From positions 1-64,000 of the IMG/VR virus record IMGVR_UViG_3300015263_000962: a stretch of DNA of 64,000 nt, one strand, 5' to 3'. A program made the position numbers and the translations under genes. The stretch's first letter is position 1. Each line of letters begins with the position of its first letter. This document shows positions 27,495-37,042 of this stretch, piece after piece. The notes below the pieces were generated by a model. It searched no databases, was not told where the DNA came from, and saw nothing but the letters and a program-made list of their open reading frames with translations. This DNA comes from a virus.

Positions 27495-27923
27495 ATGGCA
27501 CACAAGGAACCAATGTCGCTGGAAGACCTACCCCAACATCTCAAATCCGTCAGAGCACACGGAGAAACAGGAAGTGCGCCTGTTGTTGGTATGGGCCAGA
27601 TCATCGTGCCTAAGAAATCGTTCGGATGGACCAAGGCCCTGTTCGCCATGATCATGTTCATGACGCTGAGCATCGGTGGCCTTGTGACCTACAACGCCGT
27701 CACACCTCAACATCTGACTGTCATTGTGGGGCTCGAACAAAGTGCCGACCCATCTCAAACGATCTCAAGGATCGTCTCAGACAGTGGAGGCGAGATCATC
27801 GCTGTGAAGCAGAAGGAAGATTCTGTGTACGAAGTCAAGGTATCCACGCACAAGAGCAAGAATTCGTTCTTGGAGTGGTTGCGTAAAGACAAAGATGTCA
27901 AGAAGGCTTCGCTGGAAGATTAG
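27495..27923 (+). CDS. TM plus small alpha/beta domain protein, paralog of 22466-22786
   Basis: AAGGAG SD; ATAAATA upstream; clear similarity to the paralog. Confidence 0.75.
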   Translation: MAHKEPMSLEDLPQHLKSVRAHGETGSAPVVGMGQIIVPKKSFGWTKALFAMIMFMTLSIGGLVTYNAVTPQHLTVIVGLEQSADPSQTISRIVSDSGGEIIAVKQKEDSVYEVKVSTHKSKNSFLEWLRKDKDVKKASLED

Positions 27924-28197
27924 TCTCTTCGAATGATGTGTCCTTCGTCATCGAATTGAATCGGGTGCTCTTGGCACCACTGATCGACACACTCGAAATG
28001 CAGATAGCCGGTGTCGAATCCAGACACCATGCGAGCCATCACTGGCTCTGTCATACATCTCTTCCCGCATTGATCGCAAGGAATGTCAACCGGCCACGTC
28101 AGGATGGCTGTGAGGATTGTCAGTAATCCGACTGACAACCAGACTTTCTTTCTTAATGTCATAGGAAACTCCTTTGACATATAAGAGTCTGTCCAAC

Positions 28198-28232
28198 AAA
28201 AAAGCCCAGCCATTGCTGGCTGGGCTTCTTGT
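28198..28232 (-). terminator. terminator after the major capsid gene
   Basis: AAGCCCAGCCA/TGGCTGGGCTT stem with T-run. Confidence 0.85.
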
Positions 28233-28256
28233 TTTCTTTGCCTCTCACATCATGGG

Positions 28257-29711
28257 TTAGATGATGAAGTTGGCGATGCTCATGCGTGCGTAGAACTTCG
28301 CACCTTCACGGAGCAGCTTCTTGCCGTAGCGGGTCAGAATACCCTTGCGTGGGCAGAAGGATTCAGGATCAAGCACCACAGGTGTCTGTGTCAGCGGGAC
28401 GTATGGGCAGTAGAAGTAGCCCGAGTCCATGTAGCTGTCGCCCTTGTAACCCAAAAGGATCTGGCCTTGTGGGAACAGCGGGTCTTTGTACAGACGCCAT
28501 CTGTTGTTGATCGTACCGACGTACTGGATACCCAGCGACGAGGTGAACGTCTCAGATGGTGCTGGTGCGAAACCTGCGGTTGCCGTTTCGAAGACGGACG
28601 CAACTTCAGGCGAAGTGACGAGCCAGTTACATCCGCCACGGAGGGTCTTACGATGCACGACGTTCGAAACTTCGACGACCTTGACATACAGCGACTCGTA
28701 CTTTTCCTTGATGGTGTCACCGAGGGCTGTGTTGAAGTCCCACACAGCGATAGTACCGGCGTTGTTGCGGAGGTCTGTAAGAACCTCACGGTCGATTTCG
28801 AGGTTGATTTCCTGAGCCAAAACGGCTGTCAGTTCTGCCTCAGCGTCAAGGTTGTGCTGGGATCGGAGATCCTGCTGAGCTTCGTAGCTCCAGACAGCCT
28901 TCAGCTTGCGGGTCTTGGCGGCGATTTCTTCGCTTTCGACCACGAGGTTCACTTCAGGAAGATCCTGATTGCACTCCATGTTGTACTCGTAGCTCATGAC
29001 GAGGTGGTTCGGGCCGGGAGCAACGTCCCATCCGATGGTGACTTCGCCAGTCACGAGGTCCAACGTACCGCTCGTCGGGTTCGATGTCGGAGCACCGATA
29101 GCCGAGAAGCTGAAGGTTCCGTTCTCTGCAACAACATAGGTTGCGACGGCGACCGAACCATCATAGACAGTACCGGTCATGGTGCCTGCGAGAACAGGAG
29201 TGTGCTCCAGCGGAGCGAAAATGGATGTCAGGTCATCGCCAGCGTCAGTGCTGGAAGTTTCGTTCTGCACGAATTGATGCGTGTAGAAGATTTCCAAGTT
29301 GCCATCACCGGATGCCAACTGCTGGAGCGATGTCACGTCGTCCGTTGGGAAGCCGCTTGGTGTCAGGTCGGCACCTCGCATTCCGCCCTTATTGGACGAG
29401 TAGCGGAAACGCAGGTAGTACACCAGACCAGTCGGGCCGAGCAATGGCTGGACCGAGACGATCTTGTTGGCGATCAACTGCGGGTAGATTCTGCGAACCA
29501 GCGGAATGCTGATTCTCTTGAACTGGGCGATGTCCCCAGTATCCGTCATCGCCTCATTCATAAGGCGTTGGTTTTCAAGAAGCACGGCGGCAGCGGCACG
29601 CTCTGTTCGGTTTGTGATGCCATCAAGCATCGACTTGCCGTTTCTCAGCGGACGTGACCAGCGGGCTTCAATCTGACGGGCTTCGTTAAGATATCTTGCG
29701 TTAAAAGACAT
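28257..29711 (-). CDS. gp23: major capsid protein, T4 gp23-like
   Basis: LVRRIYPQLIA..VQPLLGPTGLVYYLR, KTRKLKAVW..QQDLR..H..DAEAEL..EINLEIDRE, GYFYCPYVPL and TRYG. Confidence 0.97.
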   Translation of the reverse strand: MSFNARYLNEARQIEARWSRPLRNGKSMLDGITNRTERAAAAVLLENQRLMNEAMTDTGDIAQFKRISIPLVRRIYPQLIANKIVSVQPLLGPTGLVYYLRFRYSSNKGGMRGADLTPSGFPTDDVTSLQQLASGDGNLEIFYTHQFVQNETSSTDAGDDLTSIFAPLEHTPVLAGTMTGTVYDGSVAVATYVVAENGTFSFSAIGAPTSNPTSGTLDLVTGEVTIGWDVAPGPNHLVMSYEYNMECNQDLPEVNLVVESEEIAAKTRKLKAVWSYEAQQDLRSQHNLDAEAELTAVLAQEINLEIDREVLTDLRNNAGTIAVWDFNTALGDTIKEKYESLYVKVVEVSNVVHRKTLRGGCNWLVTSPEVASVFETATAGFAPAPSETFTSSLGIQYVGTINNRWRLYKDPLFPQGQILLGYKGDSYMDSGYFYCPYVPLTQTPVVLDPESFCPRKGILTRYGKKLLREGAKFYARMSIANFII

Positions 29712-29723
29712 TTGGTCTCCTTA

Positions 29724-30629
29724 TTAAGCCTCTTGAATTCCAGAAAGAACTAGAAGATCGTTCAAGTGATCAGAGCCTTCCATCAGCGTCTCATCATTCT
29801 TGCTCGATTTTTGTGCAGCCGGATTGACGTATTCATTAAGAATGTCTCCGTCATTAGCGGCTCTATGCCCACGCCCACTTGCATTCTGTGCCTTGCTCGC
29901 TCTTTCTTTTCTTCCAACCTTCGAAGCTTCAGTGATAAGCTGGTTTGCAGCCTGTACTTGCTCGTTCAGTTTGTTGTTCTGTGACGAAAGCTTCACATTG
30001 CGTGCTTCCACGATTCTCATCTGGGCTCTCATCTGTTCGATCTGAGAATGTGCTTCTTCGAGCTTCGAAGAGGCAACGCCGTTGAGATCGTCACGGTCCA
30101 TGTAGTCGGACAGGATTTCGGCCATCTTGGCGACGGCTACACGCTGTTCCGAAAGGGATGGATCGTTAAGAATGTCACGCTTTGCGTGCTCGTAGATTTC
30201 GGATTCCTGAAGGTTCAAGAACTCATCGACCTTATCGACCATGAAGTCCTTCATTTCCTTCAGCTTGTTGTCGAACTCGTCATACAGTTCGACTTCGATG
30301 TTTCCGTTCTTGCCCTTCTCCTTCTGGAGTTCCTGATAGGCTTCTTCAAAGCCTTCTTCAAGAGCGGACTCGAATTCTTCTCGTTGCTCATCAATTCTCT
30401 TCATCAGAGAACCGATGATTTCATAAGCTTGCTGATATCCAGCTTCAGCGATGGCTTCGTCGGCTTGCTTTTCTTCAGCAAGCTGTTCGTAAGCTTCATC
30501 AAGCTTCGTTTGGAATTCAGACTTGAGTTCGTTGTAGTTCTCGGCCATCAATTCTTCGACGGCCTTGGCAACCTCACTCACTTGATTCTCTGGGAGAATA
30601 CTCTTCAGTGCTTCGGTGATTCTGTCCAT
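29724..30629 (-). CDS. prohead core scaffolding protein, gp22-like
   Basis: Glu-rich coiled coil between protease and MCP; start coupled to the protease stop. Confidence 0.8.
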   Translation of the reverse strand: MDRITEALKSILPENQVSEVAKAVEELMAENYNELKSEFQTKLDEAYEQLAEEKQADEAIAEAGYQQAYEIIGSLMKRIDEQREEFESALEEGFEEAYQELQKEKGKNGNIEVELYDEFDNKLKEMKDFMVDKVDEFLNLQESEIYEHAKRDILNDPSLSEQRVAVAKMAEILSDYMDRDDLNGVASSKLEEAHSQIEQMRAQMRIVEARNVKLSSQNNKLNEQVQAANQLITEASKVGRKERASKAQNASGRGHRAANDGDILNEYVNPAAQKSSKNDETLMEGSDHLNDLLVLSGIQEA

Positions 30630-31330
30630 TAGCCTAACCTCGACTTGTACTTCTGTGTTTGAGATTTCACAATGCCGCCCAAACAAGCGATAAGTGCTTC
30701 TTTGTTAATCGTATCTATGCAGCTACTCTCAGATTTAATATCCGATTTCGAAGATACGACTCTTTCCAGTGGTCTCGCATCCGCCCGTGGAGGAGCCACA
30801 CTCTCTTTCGCAACAACTTTCTCTTGGAAAGCGGCAAACGTCGAAGGGTCAGCAACAGCGTCAAAGGTGATAAGCTTGTAGCTTTCGCCAATAACTAAGA
30901 TGCCATCTTCGTTGGTCGATCCGTTTCCTACACCTCTCGAACTAATTCCGACTCTCACGCCATCATCGATCAAAGCTTTAAGAACTTTGCCGTGAGGTGT
31001 GTTCAAGATCTCGCCTTCGCCCATCAGCACATTGCCTTCCCACCAGAGGCGAGTAACAATGTGTGAAGCATTGGCATAGTGAATGATGCTATCCGTAGGG
31101 TGATCGAGTTCACCGATCAAACTTCTACCGTCGATTGCTTCTTGAAGGCGTTTCACGCTTTCATCAAGGACGGCAAACGGATACATTCTCTTGTTTTTGT
31201 TGACTGCTTCTGCCTCTTGGAATTTCCCTCGGAACTTCACGAGCCCACGAGAGCTTTTCGTGGACTCAGTGAGTTCGAATTCAAAACCAGAGTGCGTGCA
31301 ACAATCAACGAGTAACATTTGTTGCTCCAT
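30629..31330 (-). CDS. gp21: prohead maturation protease, T4 gp21-like
   Basis: NKNKRMYP, GELDHP, ILNTPHGK, GISSRGVG and FDAVADPST. Confidence 0.95.
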   Translation of the reverse strand: MEQQMLLVDCCTHSGFEFELTESTKSSRGLVKFRGKFQEAEAVNKNKRMYPFAVLDESVKRLQEAIDGRSLIGELDHPTDSIIHYANASHIVTRLWWEGNVLMGEGEILNTPHGKVLKALIDDGVRVGISSRGVGNGSTNEDGILVIGESYKLITFDAVADPSTFAAFQEKVVAKESVAPPRADARPLERVVSSKSDIKSESSCIDTINKEALIACLGGIVKSQTQKYKSRLG

Positions 31331-31349
31331 GTTGCTTACTCCTTAATGA

Positions 31350-33086
31350 TTAGCGATCCACAACCAGATCAGTTTCTTTGCCGTCTTTCATCTTGTAGCC
31401 CTTGCCACCAACTCCACCGGCTTCCTTCGGAACGTATGGATTCTGGAGATCAGGCCATGTGTCGCCAGAACTCCACGTTGAGTGGTGCTGGCCTGTGGCT
31501 TCTTTGTCCACGCCCTTTTCGCCCTTCATGGTGTAGTCACCGAATGGCTTCGGAACGTATGGGTTCTTAAGCTTCGGGAACACGTCCCCGCCGCCGACTT
31601 GACCCCAACTGTTGTTCCGCATGGTCTTGGCGTTCTTGCCACCCTTGTAGTTGTGATTGTCCTGTCCAATGGCAGGAGCCTGATCACCCCATTCGCCTTC
31701 ATGACGGCCAGCGACGGCAGGAACCTTTGCGTTCTTAGCCATCTGCGGGTGATCGCCCGAGACTGTCAGGTGTGGCTTGTTGGAGACATTCCACTTCTCA
31801 GAAGCACCTTCAACATTGGCTTCCAGAAGCTTCTTGACCCAAGATGCAGCTTCGTGTGCAACGCCCAGATCTGGTCTGAGTTCACCATTGAGGATGTCAG
31901 CGATCTCGTTGAGATACATTGCTGCGCCTCGCTTGATGTCTGCGTTGCCGTCTGCTTCGCCGATCTTGTAGACTCTCTCCAAAGACTCATACAAGTCGGA
32001 GAATGCCTTGCGTTCCAGACCGAAACGCTGATCCAGCGATGGATAGAATTGGTGAACAACACCTTGGAAGTGGTCATAAGGATCTTGTCCAGATTCGCAC
32101 TTCGGAGCACCTGCCAGAGCCAAGATCTCTTGGACCTTTTCTCGGTAGCAGTTCTGTGCATGTCGCAGAATTCCTTCTGCCATGAAAGCACAGTGTTGGT
32201 CGTCATAGTTCTTGACGCCGATGTTTTCGAGTGCTTCAGCAACGATGTCGGCCAGTTCGGTCTGCGTAACCATCAAAAGCTGAGGGTACGACTTTGCGAT
32301 GTGGTCGAGGGCTTCTTCCAAACCTTCTTGATCAGAGAAAGCGTTCTGCTGCTTAAGCTGTGCAATCGCTGCGCAGAACTTCTGTTCGCTGGTCAATGCC
32401 GGAACCGACGAACGAACGTCATGGTTCTTAGCATTTGGAACAACCCAGTTGAAACTCTTGATGCGAGCTTCGTTGCGAGCTTCATTTGTAGGAATTCGCA
32501 GGTCTGTCACGTTGCCCTTCTCGTCTCGCTTGGCAACAGACTCAGAAAGAGCAGGACCATTACGCATGTAATCAACGTAGTCCAGCACGTTTTGAGCGGT
32601 GACATATACGTCTTTCAAACCAGCACGGTCACAAGCTTCCACAACTGCTTCTCGAAGAGTAGCTTCTTTCACTGCTTGTGCTGCTTTGGTGTTCTTCTGT
32701 GGCTTTCCTTCATTCCAGTGAACCATCTCAAGATAGTTCTTGAACAGGTTTTTGGCTTTTGCGTGGTCGTCCACCAATACGGCATCGATCATTTCAGAAA
32801 GTGCTTCTCGCATCTTGCCCTTGCGGCTGGACTCGTCGATGACGAGTTCTTCGATGTTGCTGAAGGTGACATGATCATTCTTGATTTCGTATCCGGCGTG
32901 GACGAAGGTTTTCTGTGGTGTTTGATAAACCACAGTGCTTTCATTGAAGCACTTCAGTCCCAGTTGTCCTTTGCCCAACGTCTTTGTGAGAATGTGTTCG
33001 GCTTCGACTAACTCACGCTCAGCCGTAGTAACTGATGTCTTTTCGATTTGATCGAAGGCATCTTGCTTAATGAGTTTTCGTCTCAT
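31350..33086 (-). CDS. large head-module protein (putative prohead core/internal protein)
   Basis: First gene of the head operon; GAGGAG SD; repeated LxNPYVPK in a disordered tail. Confidence 0.7.
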   Translation of the reverse strand: MRRKLIKQDAFDQIEKTSVTTAERELVEAEHILTKTLGKGQLGLKCFNESTVVYQTPQKTFVHAGYEIKNDHVTFSNIEELVIDESSRKGKMREALSEMIDAVLVDDHAKAKNLFKNYLEMVHWNEGKPQKNTKAAQAVKEATLREAVVEACDRAGLKDVYVTAQNVLDYVDYMRNGPALSESVAKRDEKGNVTDLRIPTNEARNEARIKSFNWVVPNAKNHDVRSSVPALTSEQKFCAAIAQLKQQNAFSDQEGLEEALDHIAKSYPQLLMVTQTELADIVAEALENIGVKNYDDQHCAFMAEGILRHAQNCYREKVQEILALAGAPKCESGQDPYDHFQGVVHQFYPSLDQRFGLERKAFSDLYESLERVYKIGEADGNADIKRGAAMYLNEIADILNGELRPDLGVAHEAASWVKKLLEANVEGASEKWNVSNKPHLTVSGDHPQMAKNAKVPAVAGRHEGEWGDQAPAIGQDNHNYKGGKNAKTMRNNSWGQVGGGDVFPKLKNPYVPKPFGDYTMKGEKGVDKEATGQHHSTWSSGDTWPDLQNPYVPKEAGGVGGKGYKMKDGKETDLVVDR

Positions 33087-33253
33087 GGTTTTTAACTCCT
33101 CGACTTCTTGTGTTTTGGCATCACTACAGCTTGTGAATTTTCGGCTATCAGGCCGAATAGGCTCGAAATCGGGGTCACACCACCGTAAATACTCGATGCC
33201 TACTATATCTAAGTATGCAGGACGACCTGATTTTTGATAAGAAAGAGGCTCAA

Positions 33254-33610
33254 ATGTCGATGTGGACCAAGTGGAAAAAGAGAAGGGATCTTACAGAAGG
33301 TCTTGGCGAAGGTGGCAGCCCTGTAGATAGTTTCAAATTTAATACAGGGGGCGACGGACACGCCGAAGACTATGAACACATTCAGCACGAATTGTTCTCA
33401 ATCGTTATGTCCAAATACCCCGATGAAACTATGCAATTTCTCGATGGAATTGCCCAACGAGGAGATGAGGAAGTCCTCAATCTTCTGAGAAAATTGCAAC
33501 AGGAACCATCTATGGGTGATGAAGATGGCAACACGCCACGGAACCCACCCGAAGTTGTGCCTCCTGCCTCAGATACCGGTCACTCTGACTTCGGCGGCGG
33601 CGAAGAATGA
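33254..33610 (+). CDS. acidic hypothetical protein (MSMWTKWKKRRDLTE)
   Basis: GAGG SD. Confidence 0.6.
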   Translation: MSMWTKWKKRRDLTEGLGEGGSPVDSFKFNTGGDGHAEDYEHIQHELFSIVMSKYPDETMQFLDGIAQRGDEEVLNLLRKLQQEPSMGDEDGNTPRNPPEVVPPASDTGHSDFGGGEE

Positions 33611-33867
33611 TTACTCGGGCGCAGCCAGTGATCTCTGATCTCCATCAACGATGTTGTATCAAGAGGGCAGCCCAGCGACTCTGGCAATAACGTGTCCATC
33701 GTACACTTGGGGCAAAGAGCCGTCTCGTCATCATCGGTCCACAAATCGATGTCCTCTACCTGAATAACTTCAAGGCAGTTGTAGCAACCACAGACCTGTG
33801 ATTGCAGAACTGCCTCTCTGTTTTTGAAGGCATACATCGGTGCTTTTCTAATGTATTCCTCGCTCAT
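33580..33867 (-). CDS. Cys-rich zinc-finger protein
   Basis: CGCYNC..WTD..TALCPKC..D. Confidence 0.75.
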   Translation of the reverse strand: MSEEYIRKAPMYAFKNREAVLQSQVCGCYNCLEVIQVEDIDLWTDDDETALCPKCTMDTLLPESLGCPLDTTSLMEIRDHWLRPSNHSSPPPKSE

Positions 33868-36413
33868 TAAGACTCCTCTGAGTAATCAATCTCCTCGTCG
33901 TCCATTTCCTTTGCGTAGTTCTGAATCTCAAGATTGAACTTCTTGATTTCTTCCTCATCTGGCTCTGGAATCGGCGAATCCATGTTGGTCTGAGGCGCAT
34001 TACCCGCTTCTGGGGTCGCTTCCATTCCTGTGCTGTCCGCATCCATGTACTTACGCATTCCTTGTGCGCCTTCAGGTGGCGGTTGCTGTTCTTCGCCCGG
34101 CTGACCGCCCAACATTGGGTTCGGACCACCCGGCTCTGTGCTCACTTCGTCCTCGTCTGGGCCGGGCAAACCGACACCAAGCAACTGAGGATTCTGAGCA
34201 ATGATTTGGAGCTTCAACTCTTCCAATTTTTGGATTTTGAGTCGGGCCAACATTTTCTTGGCTTCGTCCTCTGGATATTTCATCCATTTTGTGAGGATGT
34301 CGAAGTCGCTCATCAGTTGTGAGCCCTTCAAGTTGGCCGCATTGTTCAATCGGTTGGTAATGACTTCCGCTCTTGTTAGTTCTCGCCAGTCAGACGGAGG
34401 CGTCATTTTGATCGTCAGATCTTCATAGATCTCTTCCGGGTATCCCAACAATCTCAGATGTCGATCACAGATCTCCCAGAAGGCATCCTCCATGTGAGAC
34501 TGCAATCGCTCGATCATGCGGGCGAACTTGATATCCTGAGCCGACAAAGCAATTCGTGTGCTCTGTGTGTCTTCGTTGTTGAAGTAGTTTCTCGGGAAGT
34601 TCAAAGCCGTGAACAGCTTGTTGCGGAAGTACACAGTGTCATCGATCTCGCCGAGGTTTTGAGCACCGGGCAAAGTCTCAACACGGGTATTTGCATTTGG
34701 ACGAATTGGAATCCAGTAATCTTCGTCTGCCGCTGGAGCGTGCCAGCGTTCCTCAACGCCAGATGCGCCCGGCAGACTTCCGCCCTTCCGGCTGCTCACC
34801 TTCTTCTTCTTGAACTGATCCTTCATACGTTCGATGAAGGCTTCAGCCTTGTTCGGCGGCAACTGGGCCACGTCGATATAGAAAACACGTCGTTCCGGTG
34901 CCCGAGTCAAACGGTACACAACCATGGCGTCTTCCATCATTCTCAACTGATGAGCAGGCCCACGAGCCGCTTCGATCAAAGAAACGCCATATGGATAGAA
35001 GGTCTTTCTGTCATCGCCGATCTTGATGTGAATAATCTGCTCTGGAGCAAACCGAATAGCTGTCGCCTGTTGAAGATCGGCTTCTGTGGCTTGAGTGACT
35101 TCAACCCGAGCCAAGCTCTGGTAGTCCGGGCCTTCCTTCGACTGTTGAAACTCAACCAGCTTGCCTTTGGTTGTTTCGATTCGGTACATGCTATCAGGCG
35201 GCAATGGCACCAGATTAAGAACGCCGTCTTTGGGGTTCTCGGTATCAATGACGATTTCATAGAAGAAGTCGCCCATTGAGAAGAGCCGTTTCGCCATATC
35301 CCACATCTTCTTCTGATCGAAGTTGAGCATCTTGCGATGGAACAACAGATATTCGAGTTCTTCTTGAATCTCGACGTTGTTACAGTTGACGGTCATAACT
35401 CGACCATCATCGTCCTTCTGGCAGTTGTGAACGATTCCCCAATCTGTGGCGAAGTTCTGATGGCCTTCAACTGACAAGTCGTAAACATCGATCTCTCTCC
35501 ATGGTTGAATGCCAATCACACGGCGATGATCCTTCTTCTTGCCGAGCCACTTGAGTTCCTTATTGGAGAAACCGGCTTTCTCGATACGCTCCCTGACTGT
35601 CCTGAAATCACTACCTGTCAACTTGTTGATCTGGCGAACCGACAACCCTTCAGTGACCATCTGGCAATAACTGTTGACCTGCTTCATCGTTTCTGAGGTC
35701 TTGCCGCTCGTCCAATCATCAACAAATTGTCGCTCATGAATCCAACCCTTGTCGTGAGTCCAGATACGGGCGAACTGATTAGTCTTCAGATTTGTAAGAT
35801 CTTGCCGTGCCGAGAGTCGGTAGAATGGCATCAACTCCGATCCATGTTCTAAACGGCCAGCTTCAATCCACGTTCGATCCGCCATCAAGATTCTGTGGTC
35901 CGGTGTGCAGATGAAATAACTACCATCGTCCAGCTTCACCTTAATGGTCATGGCTTTCTTGGTCTTGCGTGGATTGAAAGCCCAGCCTAGCGTGTAGTCA
36001 CGCTTATCGAAGTCGAAGCAATAGACCAAGAAGCGTTCTTCTTCGCTCTCAGCCAATTCTTGTATTGTTTTGAATCCGTGTGGCGTTGCAATTTTTGTAT
36101 CGCCAGCCAAACACGCTTCGTCTGCAAAGACCGTCATCGCCATTTCGATTTCGGCCATATTTCTGAGACGTTCGTACTCTTTATATCTGTGGACACGGTT
36201 CGTCACCGTGGACAAATCCACAAAATCGTTCGTATCTCGCAGACGGATGGCACCACTGCCACCACCCCACGATCCGTCTTGTCCCGCCCGAATATCAGGA
36301 ATTGCGTCAGGTTGTGAAACGCCTGCGCCACCCATATCCCGATGACTTCTTCTGGTCAGCGGATCATCTGTGAATGCGTAAGTGAATACCTTAAAAAAGT
36401 CCCACCAAGCCAT
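33867..36413 (-). CDS. gp20: portal protein, T4 gp20-like, intein-containing
   Basis: MMEDAMVVYRLTRAPERRVFYIDV, EDYWIP, LPGAQNLGEIDD..YF and DIKFARMIERLQ. Confidence 0.96.
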   Translation of the reverse strand: MAWWDFFKVFTYAFTDDPLTRRSHRDMGGAGVSQPDAIPDIRAGQDGSWGGGSGAIRLRDTNDFVDLSTVTNRVHRYKEYERLRNMAEIEMAMTVFADEACLAGDTKIATPHGFKTIQELAESEEERFLVYCFDFDKRDYTLGWAFNPRKTKKAMTIKVKLDDGSYFICTPDHRILMADRTWIEAGRLEHGSELMPFYRLSARQDLTNLKTNQFARIWTHDKGWIHERQFVDDWTSGKTSETMKQVNSYCQMVTEGLSVRQINKLTGSDFRTVRERIEKAGFSNKELKWLGKKKDHRRVIGIQPWREIDVYDLSVEGHQNFATDWGIVHNCQKDDDGRVMTVNCNNVEIQEELEYLLFHRKMLNFDQKKMWDMAKRLFSMGDFFYEIVIDTENPKDGVLNLVPLPPDSMYRIETTKGKLVEFQQSKEGPDYQSLARVEVTQATEADLQQATAIRFAPEQIIHIKIGDDRKTFYPYGVSLIEAARGPAHQLRMMEDAMVVYRLTRAPERRVFYIDVAQLPPNKAEAFIERMKDQFKKKKVSSRKGGSLPGASGVEERWHAPAADEDYWIPIRPNANTRVETLPGAQNLGEIDDTVYFRNKLFTALNFPRNYFNNEDTQSTRIALSAQDIKFARMIERLQSHMEDAFWEICDRHLRLLGYPEEIYEDLTIKMTPPSDWRELTRAEVITNRLNNAANLKGSQLMSDFDILTKWMKYPEDEAKKMLARLKIQKLEELKLQIIAQNPQLLGVGLPGPDEDEVSTEPGGPNPMLGGQPGEEQQPPPEGAQGMRKYMDADSTGMEATPEAGNAPQTNMDSPIPEPDEEEIKKFNLEIQNYAKEMDDEEIDYSEES
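35424..36113 (-). mobile_element. 230-aa intein in the portal protein
   Basis: DEA|CLAGDTKI; block B CTPDHRI; block F VYDLSV..HQNF; terminal VHN|C. Confidence 0.93.
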
Positions 36414-36517
36414 GTGCTCTCCTTTGGGTGATCATTACCCTAAAACTGTTACCTGTTGGTAGTTATTAGGGTCGTTGCAATTTTTGGGGCTACATTCAAT
36501 AGAGTACGGAGGACACC

Positions 36518-37042
36518 ATGTCTGGAAAATCCAGATGGCTGTTCGCAGCATCTTTCCCGAAACTCGGGGAGATACCTCCCCAGTTCGTTAAGTTGATCAC
36601 TCGTCCTGAGTGGTCTGAAGAAACTAAATCACCAACTCCAAACGGCAGCTTTACTACAAGTTACATAGGGTTCGTACAATCCACCTGTCCCGATCTGTTC
36701 GAGATATTGGGCGGGTTCTATAAGTTCGGCAGCGATCTCTTCACAGAAGAAGGCAAGATGCTCGAAGAGATCGCACAATACATGGGATCGGCCACCTTGG
36801 ACTTCCAAGTTACCGTGGCTCCAAAATGCCCCAACTGTAATCACTCATTGGGTCTATTCTTTGGAAGCAGTGGCCCGCTGGAAACCATAGAGCGATGGAG
36901 CTTCTCTGGTGTCTGGCCGCACTCCGTCAATTTTGGCGAGTTGTGCTATTCCTCAAGTGAGGAGATTGATCTGGAAATCACATGGAGATACAAGACATGT
37001 GAATACGAGCACCTGATGCTCAAGGAGAAACAGAATGTCTGA
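36518..37042 (+). CDS. divergent tail-tube (gp19)-like protein
   Basis: IERWSFSGVWPHSVNFGELCYSSSEEIDLEITWRY matches the gp19-family C-terminus. Confidence 0.7.
   Translation: MSGKSRWLFAASFPKLGEIPPQFVKLITRPEWSEETKSPTPNGSFTTSYIGFVQSTCPDLFEILGGFYKFGSDLFTEEGKMLEEIAQYMGSATLDFQVTVAPKCPNCNHSLGLFFGSSGPLETIERWSFSGVWPHSVNFGELCYSSSEEIDLEITWRYKTCEYEHLMLKEKQNV

Noticed and set aside
28467-35279. Long plus-strand ORFs opposite the capsid, head-core and portal genes
   Set aside because: Antisense frames kept open by codon bias; no SD or recognisable motifs.
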